From the NCBI GenBank assembly GCA_017405445.1, contig JAFRAK010000007.1, positions 28,321 to 92,320 on the forward strand: a DNA stretch of 64,000 bases, given 5' to 3'. Shown here piece after piece: positions 27,963 through 37,187 of this stretch. Position 1 is the stretch's first letter. Each line of letters opens with the position of its first letter. This DNA comes from Bacilli bacterium. Its GTDB lineage: Bacteria; Bacillota_I; Bacilli_A; RF39; UBA660. The notes beneath the pieces are model-generated. The model saw nothing but the letters and a program-made list of their open reading frames with translations. It made no database searches and was not told the origin of the DNA. Both the position numbers and the translations under genes were made by a program.

Positions 27963-28585
27963 TACTATTTGATTTAGATGGAACTTTATGGGATACTTCT
28001 ATTTGTACTTATGAATTTGTAAAAGACTATTTAAAAAATAATAATTATCCCTATGAAGTATCTTTAGAAGTAGTAAAGAATAATATGGGGAATAATCTAA
28101 GTGGTTGTGCAGAAGGATATTTTCCACAAGTAGAAAAGAAGAAAAGAGAAGAATTATTATTAAAAATATTTCAATATGAAGTAGATCGATTAAATGAATA
28201 TCAAAAATCTGATATTATTTATGACAATGTTTATGAAGTATTAAAAGATTTATCAAAAAAATACAAACTAGGAATTGTGAGTAATTGTTCTACAGAAGAA
28301 TACATTGAAAACTTTTTAAGAATATCTAAAACAAAAGAATTTGTTACTGATTATATCCCTGCATCAAAATATAATCTTACAAAAGGTCAAGCCATGAAAG
28401 AGTTAATGAAAAGAACTCATTGTATGAAAGGAATTTATATAGGAGATACAAAAAAAGATCAAGATGAGTCAAATAAGGCCAATATCCCTTTTGTTTATGC
28501 AGAATATGGTTTTGGAAAAATAGAAAATAAGTATAAAATAAAGTCAATCAAAGAATTACCTGCTTTATTAGAAAGAATAATTTAG
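27950..28585 (+). CDS. HAD-superfamily hydrolase
   Basis: Motif I LFDLDGTLWDT. Motif IV GDTKKD. Confidence 0.75.
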   Translation: MEEIVLFDLDGTLWDTSICTYEFVKDYLKNNNYPYEVSLEVVKNNMGNNLSGCAEGYFPQVEKKKREELLLKIFQYEVDRLNEYQKSDIIYDNVYEVLKDLSKKYKLGIVSNCSTEEYIENFLRISKTKEFVTDYIPASKYNLTKGQAMKELMKRTHCMKGIYIGDTKKDQDESNKANIPFVYAEYGFGKIENKYKIKSIKELPALLERII

Positions 28586-28596
28586 GATGAAGAAAT

Positions 28597-29403
28597 ATGA
28601 AAACAGTAGTAATAACTGGTAGTGCCAGAGGATTTGGTTATGCAATGTTAGAATTCTTTTTAAAGAAAGATTATAATGTTGTAGTATGTGATATTAATAA
28701 AGAAGAATTAGAAAAAGCGAAAAAGAATCTAGAAAAAATAGAATCAAAAGGGAAAGTACTATCTTATGCTGTAGATGTAACAAATGAAGAACAAATATCA
28801 AAGATGATAGAAGATATCCTAAAAAAAGGAAATACCATTGATATATGGGTTAATAATGCAGGAGTAAATCAACCAATGAAAGCAATATGGGAATTGGATT
28901 CTAAGGTTATTAATCGTTTAATAGATATTGATTTAAAGGGCACAATTATATGCAGTAAATGTATTATGCCAATTATGTTAAATCAAAAAAGTGGAGCAAT
29001 CTATAATGTAGAAGGATATGGCTCTAATAATGCTACAATGTTAGGATTATCAATCTATGGAACAGCTAAAAGAGCAGTAACATATTTTACAGAAGCTTTG
29101 GCAAAAGAAAGTAAAGAAACTGGAAATATAGTAAAAATTGGAAAGATTACTCCAGGTATTATGATTACAAATTTTATTGGGACATCTATGGGTGATGGAG
29201 AAAAAATAGAGCTAGATCAAAAAACAAAAAATGTATATAATATCTTAGGAGATAAACCAGAGACTATCGCAGAATTTATGGTTGATAAAATGATTTATAA
29301 TACAAAGAATAATGCAAAATTTACATGGTTAACCACCACTAGAGCCTCATTTCGTTTTATAAAAGCATTATTTGGAAAAAAGAATAATTATTTTGACAAA
29401 TGA
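28597..29403 (+). CDS. Short-chain dehydrogenase/reductase (SDR)
   Basis: TGSARGFG glycine-rich motif. NNAG. YGTAK catalytic YxxxK. Confidence 0.8.
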   Translation: MKTVVITGSARGFGYAMLEFFLKKDYNVVVCDINKEELEKAKKNLEKIESKGKVLSYAVDVTNEEQISKMIEDILKKGNTIDIWVNNAGVNQPMKAIWELDSKVINRLIDIDLKGTIICSKCIMPIMLNQKSGAIYNVEGYGSNNATMLGLSIYGTAKRAVTYFTEALAKESKETGNIVKIGKITPGIMITNFIGTSMGDGEKIELDQKTKNVYNILGDKPETIAEFMVDKMIYNTKNNAKFTWLTTTRASFRFIKALFGKKNNYFDK

Positions 29404-29457
29404 TTTATAAATTCATAAAATAATGTTATAATAAAAATAGAATAATAGGAGAAGATT

Positions 29458-29550
29458 ATGAGAGAAAGATTTAGAAAAAGGGATAAGACAGTTTTTTTCT
29501 TTTTGATTATACTAATCATCATCCTATTATTAGGAATTGGATATGCCTAA
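29458..29550 (+). CDS. 30-aa small membrane peptide MRERFRKRDKTVFFFLIILIIILLLGIGYA
   Basis: Hand-found. AGGAGA RBS. Extended -10 TGtTATAAT upstream. Own terminator. Below track threshold. Confidence 0.4.
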   Translation: MRERFRKRDKTVFFFLIILIIILLLGIGYA

Positions 29551-29562
29551 TTAGAGATTAAA

Positions 29563-29589
29563 ATAGAAGATATTTCTTCTATTTTTTTG
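29563..29589 (+). terminator. Rho-independent terminator
   Basis: ATAGAAGAtattTCTTCTAT followed by T7. Confidence 0.65.
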
Positions 29590-29614
29590 TATAATAAAGA
29601 AGAGGAGGGTACTT

Positions 29615-30880
29615 ATGAATGAAATAAAATGTCCAAATTGTAAAACAGTATTTCAAATAGATGAAAAAGACTATCAATCAATAGTAAAACAAATAAGAGA
29701 TCAAGAATTTGAAAAAGAAATAGAAAGAAAAGAAAGAGAATTTGAAAAAGATAAAGAAAGTTCACTAAAACTAGTAGAATCCAATTTAAAAGAAAAATTT
29801 AAAGAAGAATTACATCAAAAAGAAATAGAACTACAAGAATTAAAAAATGATATTAAAGTAAAAGAAGATAATCAAGAAAAAGAATTAAAAATAAAAGAAA
29901 GTGAATGGAAAGAAAAATCAAAAGAAGAAATAGAAAAATTAACAATAGAAATCAACAACCTCAAAAAAGATTTAGATCTAAAAGACAAAGATAAGGAATT
30001 AGCTATAAAAGATACAATTTATGAAAAAGAAAAAGAAGTACAAAAACTAAAAAATGATCTAGTAACGGTAAAAGAAACTTTTGAAGAAAAAATAAAGAAT
30101 AAAGATGAGCAAATTGCTTATTATAAAGATTTTAAGGCAAGACAATCAACAAAGATGATAGGAGAGTCCTTAGAGCAGCATTGTAGTACAGAGTTTAATC
30201 AGATAAGACCTTTATTTGGAGAAAATGTATACTTTGATAAAGACAATGATGCAAAGACTGGTTCTAAAGGAGATTTTATTTTTAGAGAAACAGATGATGA
30301 TGGAATAGAAATATTATCGATTATGTTTGAAATGAAAAATGAAGCTGACGAAACAGCTACAAAACATAAAAATGAAGATTTCTTAAAAGAATTAGATAAA
30401 GATCGAAAAGAGAAAAATTGTGAATATGCAATACTAGTTTCATTGCTAGAGATGGATAATGATTTTTATAATAATGGAATTGTTGATATGTCACATAAAT
30501 ATCCTAAAATGTATGTGATTCGTCCACAATTCTTTATACCATTAATTACATTACTTAGAGGAGCTGCATTAAACACATTAAAATACAAAAAACAATTAAC
30601 CACAATTCAAAATGAAAATTTAGATATTACTCATTTTGAGGATAATTTAATAGAATTTAAAGAAAAATTTGGTAAGAATTATCGACTTGCGAGTGAAAGA
30701 TTTCATAGTGCAATTGAAGAAATTGATAAAAGTATTGCACATCTTCAAAAGATTAAAGAAAATCTATTAAAATCAGAAGACAATCTAAGACTTGCAAACT
30801 CAAAAGCAGAAGATTTATCTATTGAAAAACTAACAAAGAATGCACCTAGTGTTAGAAAAATGTTTGAAGATAAGGCATAA
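29615..30880 (+). CDS. Zinc-ribbon plus long coiled-coil protein with conserved C-terminal domain (DUF2130-like, tentative)
   Basis: N-terminal CPNCKTVF zinc ribbon. About 180 aa of E/K-rich heptad repeats. Globular C-terminus. Confidence 0.55.
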   Translation: MNEIKCPNCKTVFQIDEKDYQSIVKQIRDQEFEKEIERKEREFEKDKESSLKLVESNLKEKFKEELHQKEIELQELKNDIKVKEDNQEKELKIKESEWKEKSKEEIEKLTIEINNLKKDLDLKDKDKELAIKDTIYEKEKEVQKLKNDLVTVKETFEEKIKNKDEQIAYYKDFKARQSTKMIGESLEQHCSTEFNQIRPLFGENVYFDKDNDAKTGSKGDFIFRETDDDGIEILSIMFEMKNEADETATKHKNEDFLKELDKDRKEKNCEYAILVSLLEMDNDFYNNGIVDMSHKYPKMYVIRPQFFIPLITLLRGAALNTLKYKKQLTTIQNENLDITHFEDNLIEFKEKFGKNYRLASERFHSAIEEIDKSIAHLQKIKENLLKSEDNLRLANSKAEDLSIEKLTKNAPSVRKMFEDKA

Positions 30881-30911
30881 TTTGTAAATTAACACATACA
30901 ATATTAATAAA

Positions 30912-30938
30912 TTAGCACTTAGTACTTGACAGTGCTAA
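30912..30938 (+). promoter_or_regulatory. CIRCE operator (HrcA binding site) TTAGCACTT-N9-CAGTGCTAA
   Basis: Matches CIRCE consensus TTAGCACTC-N9-GAGTGCTAA with one mismatch per arm. Overlaps -35. Confidence 0.75.
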
Positions 30939-30954
30939 TTTAAAGTGGTATAAC
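30926..30954 (+). promoter_or_regulatory. Sigma-A promoter of hsp20 (TTGACA-17-TATAAC with TGg extended -10)
   Basis: -35 at 30926-30931, -10 at 30949-30954. Confidence 0.65.
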
Positions 30955-31026
30955 TAAAATGTAAGGAAAAAATGAGACCTTACAGGTACTAATAGATATA
31001 CAATTTAAGAAAGGAAGATGATTTGT

Positions 31027-31452
31027 ATGATGTTAATGCCTAGAAATAATTTTGATTTACTAGATGATTTCTTTGAGGATCCATTCTTTCATAGAGAACC
31101 AGTTCCAACTCACATTAATCAACTAATGAAAACTGATATTCGTGAAAACGAAAATAGTTATATAATGGATGTTGATCTACCTGGATTTGAAAAAGAAAAT
31201 ATAAAAATAGATTTGGAGAATGGATATTTAAATATTCATGCAAAAATGGATAACTCTAAGAATGAAGAAGAAAAAGGAAAATTTATTAAGCGTGAAAGAT
31301 ACTTTGGAGAATGTTCAAGAAGCTTCTATGTAGGAGAAGACGTTAAAGAAGAAGAAATTAAAGCAGCATTTAATAATGGTATTTTAACACTTGAAGTTCC
31401 TAAAAAATCAGAAGAAAAAGAGCAAGAAAAAAAATACATTGATATTCAATAA
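31027..31452 (+). CDS. Hsp20/alpha-crystallin family small heat-shock protein
   Basis: Alpha-crystallin domain MDVDLPGFEKENIKIDLENGYLNIHAK...GILTLEVPK. Start chosen at ATG 31027 (9 nt after AAAGGAAG). Confidence 0.85.
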   Translation: MMLMPRNNFDLLDDFFEDPFFHREPVPTHINQLMKTDIRENENSYIMDVDLPGFEKENIKIDLENGYLNIHAKMDNSKNEEEKGKFIKRERYFGECSRSFYVGEDVKEEEIKAAFNNGILTLEVPKKSEEKEQEKKYIDIQ

Positions 31453-31476
31453 GACAGAGAAATCTGTCTTTTTTAT
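31452..31476 (+). terminator. Rho-independent terminator
   Basis: AGACAGAgaaaTCTGTCT followed by T6. Confidence 0.7.
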
Positions 31477-31518
31477 TTCTTCTAAATATGATAAAATAAT
31501 TACGAAGGTAGAATTATT

Positions 31519-33225
31519 ATGAAAAGAAACAAGAAACAAATCACAACGTATTTTATATTATTTAGTCTTCTTCTTATAGGAGTAGTGTATGCCATATTAC
31601 AAGCTAATCTACAGATTAATGGTACAGCCAAGATTCAGGCAAATACGTGGAATATATACTTTGATAATATTCAAGAGAATGAGAATAGTGTAGTAATAGG
31701 AAATGATGATCAAGAAGCAGTAATAGATCCAGAAAACAATTGTAAAGTCGATTTTAGTGTTTCATTAGCTATTCCAGGAGATTTCTATGAGTTTACTGTG
31801 GATGTTGTAAATGCTGGAACGATTGATGGAATGATAGATAGTATCAATAATAGTTTTAAAATAAATGGAGTAGATTCTGATATTCCGGACTATTTGGATT
31901 ATACAATAACATATTCAACAGGTGTATCAATTGAGCCAAAACATAAATTAAATCATAATTCTACAGAAACATATAAAGTAAGAGTAGAATATAAAAATGA
32001 CATAGAAGAATTGCCTAGTGCAACGACTCTAACAATGTCATTTGAAATTAACTATGTACAAGCTGATGATACAGCAATTATAGTTCCATTTAATATCTAT
32101 AATGTATTTCAATCTGAATTAGATAGTAATAGTGGTTTAGTACTAGAATATACTGGTACTCATCAAGACTCTTTTACACAAACAGGAAATGAAAAAATAT
32201 ATCACTGGTATGCTGATAGTGACGATAATGCAAATATCATTTTAGAGAAATGGAATGTTATTTTTGCAGGATACTGCTGGGAAATGATTCGTACTACAGA
32301 TACAGGAGGAGTAAAATTGACCTATAATGGAGTACCTGTTGATGGAAAATGTACTGCAACAGGAGCAGACCAACAAATAGGTACATCAAAAATGAATACA
32401 TCAGGGAATTCACCTGCTTATGAAGGATACATGATACCAGAGAGTTCTAAGATAAAAAAATATACAGCTGCATCTGCAGTTAGTGGTAGTCTATACGGAA
32501 CAGGAGTTACTTGGGATGGTACGAATTATACTTTGACAAATACCTCTACATCTTATAATAGTACTCATCATTATACTTGTGCTAATACAACAGGAATTTG
32601 TTCAACAGTAAGATACTATTACTATTATATTTGTTATATTACATTAAGTGGAGGAGAAACAATTGAACCAGTTCTTACAAATATGTTAAATAGTAGTGAT
32701 GTAAACTACAGTAATTCAGTACTTAAAACATATCTAGAAACTTGGTATCAAAATAATATGACAACATATGCCTCAAAACTAGAAGATACCATATTCTGTA
32801 ATGATAGAACCTTAACAAATCTATCATCAGCTGGTTGGAATCCAAATGGAGGAGGAACATACACTTATTTGAAATTTAAAAGTTTATCTATTCAAAATGA
32901 TTTAAGTTGTGAAACTGTAACAGATCAATTTAGTACACAGAATCCAAGTGCTCTACTAACATATCCAGTAGGACTAATGACTACAACGGAATCTAATTTG
33001 TTAAACAATAAAAACTTAAGAAAAACGGGTAATGTTTATTGGCTATTTTCACCATCTGCATATACTGATGGTATGGCCAACAATTATTATGTAAAAGCTG
33101 ATGGAACTTTTGATGATTATGGTGCTAGTCAAACAACTGGCGTTCGTCCAACAATATCTCTAAAACCAGGTACCAAAGTATCATCAGGAGATGGGTCCAA
33201 AAACAATCCATATATTGTGGAATAA
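31519..33225 (+). CDS. Paralog-family surface protein B (conserved N-terminal domain, unique Cys-containing C-terminal region ending GVRPTISLK...GDGSKNNPYIVE)
   Basis: N-terminal 190 aa align with A, C and D. C-terminal motif shared with ORF 53553. Confidence 0.8.
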   Translation: MKRNKKQITTYFILFSLLLIGVVYAILQANLQINGTAKIQANTWNIYFDNIQENENSVVIGNDDQEAVIDPENNCKVDFSVSLAIPGDFYEFTVDVVNAGTIDGMIDSINNSFKINGVDSDIPDYLDYTITYSTGVSIEPKHKLNHNSTETYKVRVEYKNDIEELPSATTLTMSFEINYVQADDTAIIVPFNIYNVFQSELDSNSGLVLEYTGTHQDSFTQTGNEKIYHWYADSDDNANIILEKWNVIFAGYCWEMIRTTDTGGVKLTYNGVPVDGKCTATGADQQIGTSKMNTSGNSPAYEGYMIPESSKIKKYTAASAVSGSLYGTGVTWDGTNYTLTNTSTSYNSTHHYTCANTTGICSTVRYYYYYICYITLSGGETIEPVLTNMLNSSDVNYSNSVLKTYLETWYQNNMTTYASKLEDTIFCNDRTLTNLSSAGWNPNGGGTYTYLKFKSLSIQNDLSCETVTDQFSTQNPSALLTYPVGLMTTTESNLLNNKNLRKTGNVYWLFSPSAYTDGMANNYYVKADGTFDDYGASQTTGVRPTISLKPGTKVSSGDGSKNNPYIVE

Positions 33226-33228
33226 TTA

Positions 33229-33263
33229 ATACAGTAATTCTAGAAATTACTGTATTTTTAGTT
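33229..33263 (+). terminator. Rho-independent terminator
   Basis: ATACAGTAATTtctagAAATTACTGTAT followed by T5. Confidence 0.7.
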
Positions 33264-33287
33264 TATAATACTTTTGGAGGGATAAAT

Positions 33288-34178
33288 ATGATAATAGTAG
33301 ACTCTGATGAAGGATTAAGAATAGATTCTTATTTAGCAAACAAATTAGAAATGTCTCGTAGTAAGATTCAGAAATTACTAAAAGAAGAAAAAATACTAGT
33401 AAATGGAAAAAGTGTTAATAGTTCTTATCCTGTAAAAATAAATGATGAAATAGAAATAGAAGATGAATTAGAATATGAAATAGATGTTGAGCCAGAAAAT
33501 ATTCCTCTTAATATTGTCTATGAAGATGATGATTTTTTAATTATTAATAAAGAAAGTGGTATGGTAGTACATCCTGCTCCTGGACATTATACAAACACCT
33601 TAGTAAATGCTCTTCTGTATCGATATCAAAATCTTGCTGGAGATAAACTAAGACCAGGAATTGTCCATAGATTAGATAAAGACACTAGCGGTTTAATGAT
33701 TGTTGCGAAAACAGAAAAAATGTTAGAAGTACTATCAGAAATGATTTCCAAAAAAGAAGTAGAAAGAAAATATCTTGCTATTGTAAAGGGAGTTATTAAA
33801 AATGACTCTGGTACGATAGATGCTCCTATTGGAAGAGATCCTCATAATAGACAAAAAATGGCAGTAACAGATCAAAATAGTAGAAATGCAATTACTCATT
33901 TTAGAGTATTAGAAAGATTTCAAAATAATACTTATATAGAATGTAGGCTAGATACTGGTAGAACTCATCAAATAAGAGTCCACATGTCTTATATTGGTTA
34001 TCCTATTTGTAATGATCCTTTGTATGGAAAAGGAAAAACAACAGAATTTGGACAAATGTTACATTCCTATTCTTTAAAATTAGTTCATCCTGTTACAAAA
34101 AAAGAACTATCTTTTGAAGTAGAACCTCCAAAAGAATTCAAAGATGAATTAGAAAGATTAAGAAATGAATATGAATAA
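33288..34178 (+). CDS. rluD: RluA-family 23S rRNA pseudouridine synthase (RluD-like)
   Basis: N-terminal S4 domain. Catalytic HRLDKDTSGLMIVAKT. Confidence 0.85.
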   Translation: MIIVDSDEGLRIDSYLANKLEMSRSKIQKLLKEEKILVNGKSVNSSYPVKINDEIEIEDELEYEIDVEPENIPLNIVYEDDDFLIINKESGMVVHPAPGHYTNTLVNALLYRYQNLAGDKLRPGIVHRLDKDTSGLMIVAKTEKMLEVLSEMISKKEVERKYLAIVKGVIKNDSGTIDAPIGRDPHNRQKMAVTDQNSRNAITHFRVLERFQNNTYIECRLDTGRTHQIRVHMSYIGYPICNDPLYGKGKTTEFGQMLHSYSLKLVHPVTKKELSFEVEPPKEFKDELERLRNEYE

Positions 34179-34183
34179 GTAAA

Positions 34184-34218
34184 GAAACTGTAAAGCAAGA
34201 AATTTTACAGTTTTTTTA
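34184..34218 (+). terminator. Rho-independent terminator
   Basis: AAACTGTAAAgcaagaaatTTTACAGTTT followed by T7. Confidence 0.7.
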
Positions 34219-34268
34219 ATGGTACTTTATTGTAATCTATATTATGATAATAATAGGAGGGGTATGTT

Positions 34269-35069
34269 ATGAATAAAGAAAGACCTCGTAAACAACATTA
34301 TTTAAGTGATGTACTAAATAAAATAATTATCTTTTTTATTGTGTTATTATTTATTGTTGCGGCATTCTTAGGAGGATATTATGCTGCAGGATCAGAAGAT
34401 TTCACCATAGTTTTAAAAGAATTAATTTCTTGTAAAAAGGAAACAACAGATAATTCTACTGAAACAGATACCAATCAAGTAGATTTAAAAGATTCTTATA
34501 TTGCCAATCTATTACCAAATATCTTAAAAGGATTTGATTGTTGGGAAATAGAAGAATTCACAACAGATAAAAGAGTAACTGCCAATGATATTAGTAGTAA
34601 AAGAGCATATGCAATAGCTGAAGCAAACTCTTATTACTATTCAGAAAGAGAAGCAATTCCTCTTACAGAATATATGAGGGAAATTCAAAAATATTTAGGA
34701 ACAAGTTATAAATTTGATCCTGAAGAAATTATAGATATGGATGAGTATTGTCCTCAATTTGAATATCAAAGCGATATTCAAAAGTTTGTGAGAATACCAA
34801 AAGCATGTAGTAATAAATGTGTTAATAGTCAATCAGCTTATAAGATTGTAGACATGAAAAAAGAAAAGAAAAATATTATTTTCATTGTAAAAGTATTATT
34901 TGCAGATAGAGATGGAAGAAGATATTATAGTGATTATAATAAGACTAAATTTGTAACAGAAGATCCAGGTTCTTTTGAAACAACAATAGGACAAGGAGCA
35001 GAATATAAATTTACATTCCGTGAAGAAAATGGAAATTATGTATTTGTATCAAGTGAACCAATAGAATAA
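34269..35069 (+). CDS. Membrane-anchored hypothetical protein (N-terminal TM, Cys-containing ectodomain)
   Basis: GGAGGGG RBS. One N-terminal TM helix. Confidence 0.55.
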   Translation: MNKERPRKQHYLSDVLNKIIIFFIVLLFIVAAFLGGYYAAGSEDFTIVLKELISCKKETTDNSTETDTNQVDLKDSYIANLLPNILKGFDCWEIEEFTTDKRVTANDISSKRAYAIAEANSYYYSEREAIPLTEYMREIQKYLGTSYKFDPEEIIDMDEYCPQFEYQSDIQKFVRIPKACSNKCVNSQSAYKIVDMKKEKKNIIFIVKVLFADRDGRRYYSDYNKTKFVTEDPGSFETTIGQGAEYKFTFREENGNYVFVSSEPIE

Positions 35070-35166
35070 TGGTTCACTTTTTTTTACACTTCCTTTACAC
35101 TTTTCTTGAAATGGTTAATAATATAAGCTAGAATAATAATTAGGTAGTTGAAAGGTGGGGACATAT

Positions 35167-37152
35167 ATGTTATCCGTAGAACAAGAAAAAATTAGTGAAT
35201 TACTTGCGAATATGAATGAAGAAGAAAGAAGAAATTATTTTGATTACATCAGCTTTCGAGCAAAAGGGATGACAGGTTATGCCTCTATTGATGAACCTTG
35301 GATGAAAAACTATCAACCAAATGCTAGAGAGATTGCCAATGATATTATAAAAGATCGTTCTATTTCAGATGTTGTATTAGAAAAAATTGATGAACATAGT
35401 GAAATTGATGCCTTAAAATATTTCAATGCTACTATCAGTAGACCTGATTTTAAAATATTAGTAGAAAAGTGGGCTAAAGCATTCAGAGAAATTGGAGTAG
35501 AAGCCGATGAAGTAGTACCAATTTATGGAACTTTCTTTCCAGATGTATGTGCTATGATATTAGCTCTAAATCAGATAGGTGCCACAGTATATCCATTAAA
35601 GCTTAATCAAAGTCAAGATGATTTTAAAAGAGAAACCGCCGAATCTAAAGTAGCGATTGTCTATGATGGTATGTGGAAAAATGTGAAAGATATATTCAGT
35701 GATGATAGATTTAAGTATGTTATTTCTGTAAGTGCAGCTGATGGAGTTTTACCACCGATGAAGCAAGTTGTACAATTAAAAAGTTATTTAGATGCTAAAA
35801 AAACAAAGTCTTTAATGCCTTCATCAAAAAAGTATTTACATTCTAAAGATATGATGAAATTAGCAGATGCTTATAGAGGAGAATATAAAGAACCATTTAA
35901 AGAAAATAGAATAGCTTTTATTAATACTAGTAGTGGTTCTACAATTAATGGTCAAGTAAAAGGAATTATGTCTACCAATGAAGCAGCTCTTGCTCAACTT
36001 GCAAAAACAGAGGCTGCTCAAATTCCATATTATAAAGGAGACAAAGTATTAACAAATTTACCTCCAATGGCCTCTACTGCAATGTTTTGTTTATTTATCT
36101 ATCCACTTTACAAAGGTTTAACTTTAATAGATGAACCAAGACTAAGTGCAGATAAATTCTACTCTCAAGTAATGAAATATAAACCACAAGCTGTTTTAGC
36201 ATCAGGTAGTCTATGGAAGAAATTCTTTAGTGAATTAAAAGAAGATGCTAAAAAAAATGGAATTCCAGATTTAAGTTTCTTTAAAATGCCAATCGTTGGT
36301 GGAGAACCAATAACTCCACGTGAAATGGAATCTATTAACGAATTACTAAAATTTTGTGGTTCTCCAGCAACAATGTTTGATGGTTATGGAATGTCTGAAT
36401 TGTTTTCTGTTTTTTCTACTCAAAAAGAAGAAACAAAAAGTTTAGAAGATAAGAGAAAACCAGTAATATGTGCTGGATTGCCATTCCCAAATATTCAAGC
36501 AGGAATATTTGATGAAAATGGAAAAGAATTAATGTATAATCAACGAGGAGAATTATACATGAAAGATAAAGATATTGTAATGCAAGGATACTACAAAAAA
36601 CCAGAACTTACAAAAGAAACACTAAAAGATGATGGTTGGTTACACAGTGGAGATATTGCAGAAATTGATGAAGAAGGTTTAGTATATATTTATGGTAGAA
36701 AAACGGATAAAGTTACTCTACCAAATGGAAAAGAAGTATATTTGTTTGATATTGCTAATAAAATTAGAGAAGATAAGAATGTTAAAGATGTTATTATTTT
36801 CTCAATACCATTAGCCAATGGAAAAAATTCACTATTAGCACATATCATTTTTGAAGAAAATTTCTATGATGATAAGAATAAAGAGTTAGAATTAATTGAT
36901 AAATATTTGGATTATTCTTTCAATGGAGAAGTAGTAATTGATGGTTATAAAGAACATGATAAAGCATTTACAATTTCTCCAACAACATCAAAAACAGATA
37001 GAAATTCTATGTATCTAGATCGAGACGAATATAAAAAAATTAAAGATGGAGAAGAGCATTTTGTCGACCTAATAAACACAGAAAAAGGATTAGTAAAATT
37101 GATAACGAAAACTGATTCTGAAAAAGGAAAAAAATTCATAAAGCAAATGTAA
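35167..37152 (+). CDS. ANL-superfamily adenylate-forming enzyme (acyl-CoA synthetase-like)
   Basis: AMP-binding motif TSSGSTINGQVKG. DGYGMSE. GDIAEIDEEGLVYIYGRKTD. Start set at ATG 35167 after GGTGGGG. Confidence 0.7.
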   Translation: MLSVEQEKISELLANMNEEERRNYFDYISFRAKGMTGYASIDEPWMKNYQPNAREIANDIIKDRSISDVVLEKIDEHSEIDALKYFNATISRPDFKILVEKWAKAFREIGVEADEVVPIYGTFFPDVCAMILALNQIGATVYPLKLNQSQDDFKRETAESKVAIVYDGMWKNVKDIFSDDRFKYVISVSAADGVLPPMKQVVQLKSYLDAKKTKSLMPSSKKYLHSKDMMKLADAYRGEYKEPFKENRIAFINTSSGSTINGQVKGIMSTNEAALAQLAKTEAAQIPYYKGDKVLTNLPPMASTAMFCLFIYPLYKGLTLIDEPRLSADKFYSQVMKYKPQAVLASGSLWKKFFSELKEDAKKNGIPDLSFFKMPIVGGEPITPREMESINELLKFCGSPATMFDGYGMSELFSVFSTQKEETKSLEDKRKPVICAGLPFPNIQAGIFDENGKELMYNQRGELYMKDKDIVMQGYYKKPELTKETLKDDGWLHSGDIAEIDEEGLVYIYGRKTDKVTLPNGKEVYLFDIANKIREDKNVKDVIIFSIPLANGKNSLLAHIIFEENFYDDKNKELELIDKYLDYSFNGEVVIDGYKEHDKAFTISPTTSKTDRNSMYLDRDEYKKIKDGEEHFVDLINTEKGLVKLITKTDSEKGKKFIKQM

Positions 37153-37168
37153 CATTTGCTTTTTTTAT
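37141..37168 (+). terminator. Rho-independent terminator overlapping stop
   Basis: AAGCAAATGTaaCATTTGCTT followed by T7. Confidence 0.7.
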
Positions 37169-37187
37169 GCTATACTAATTATAGTAG

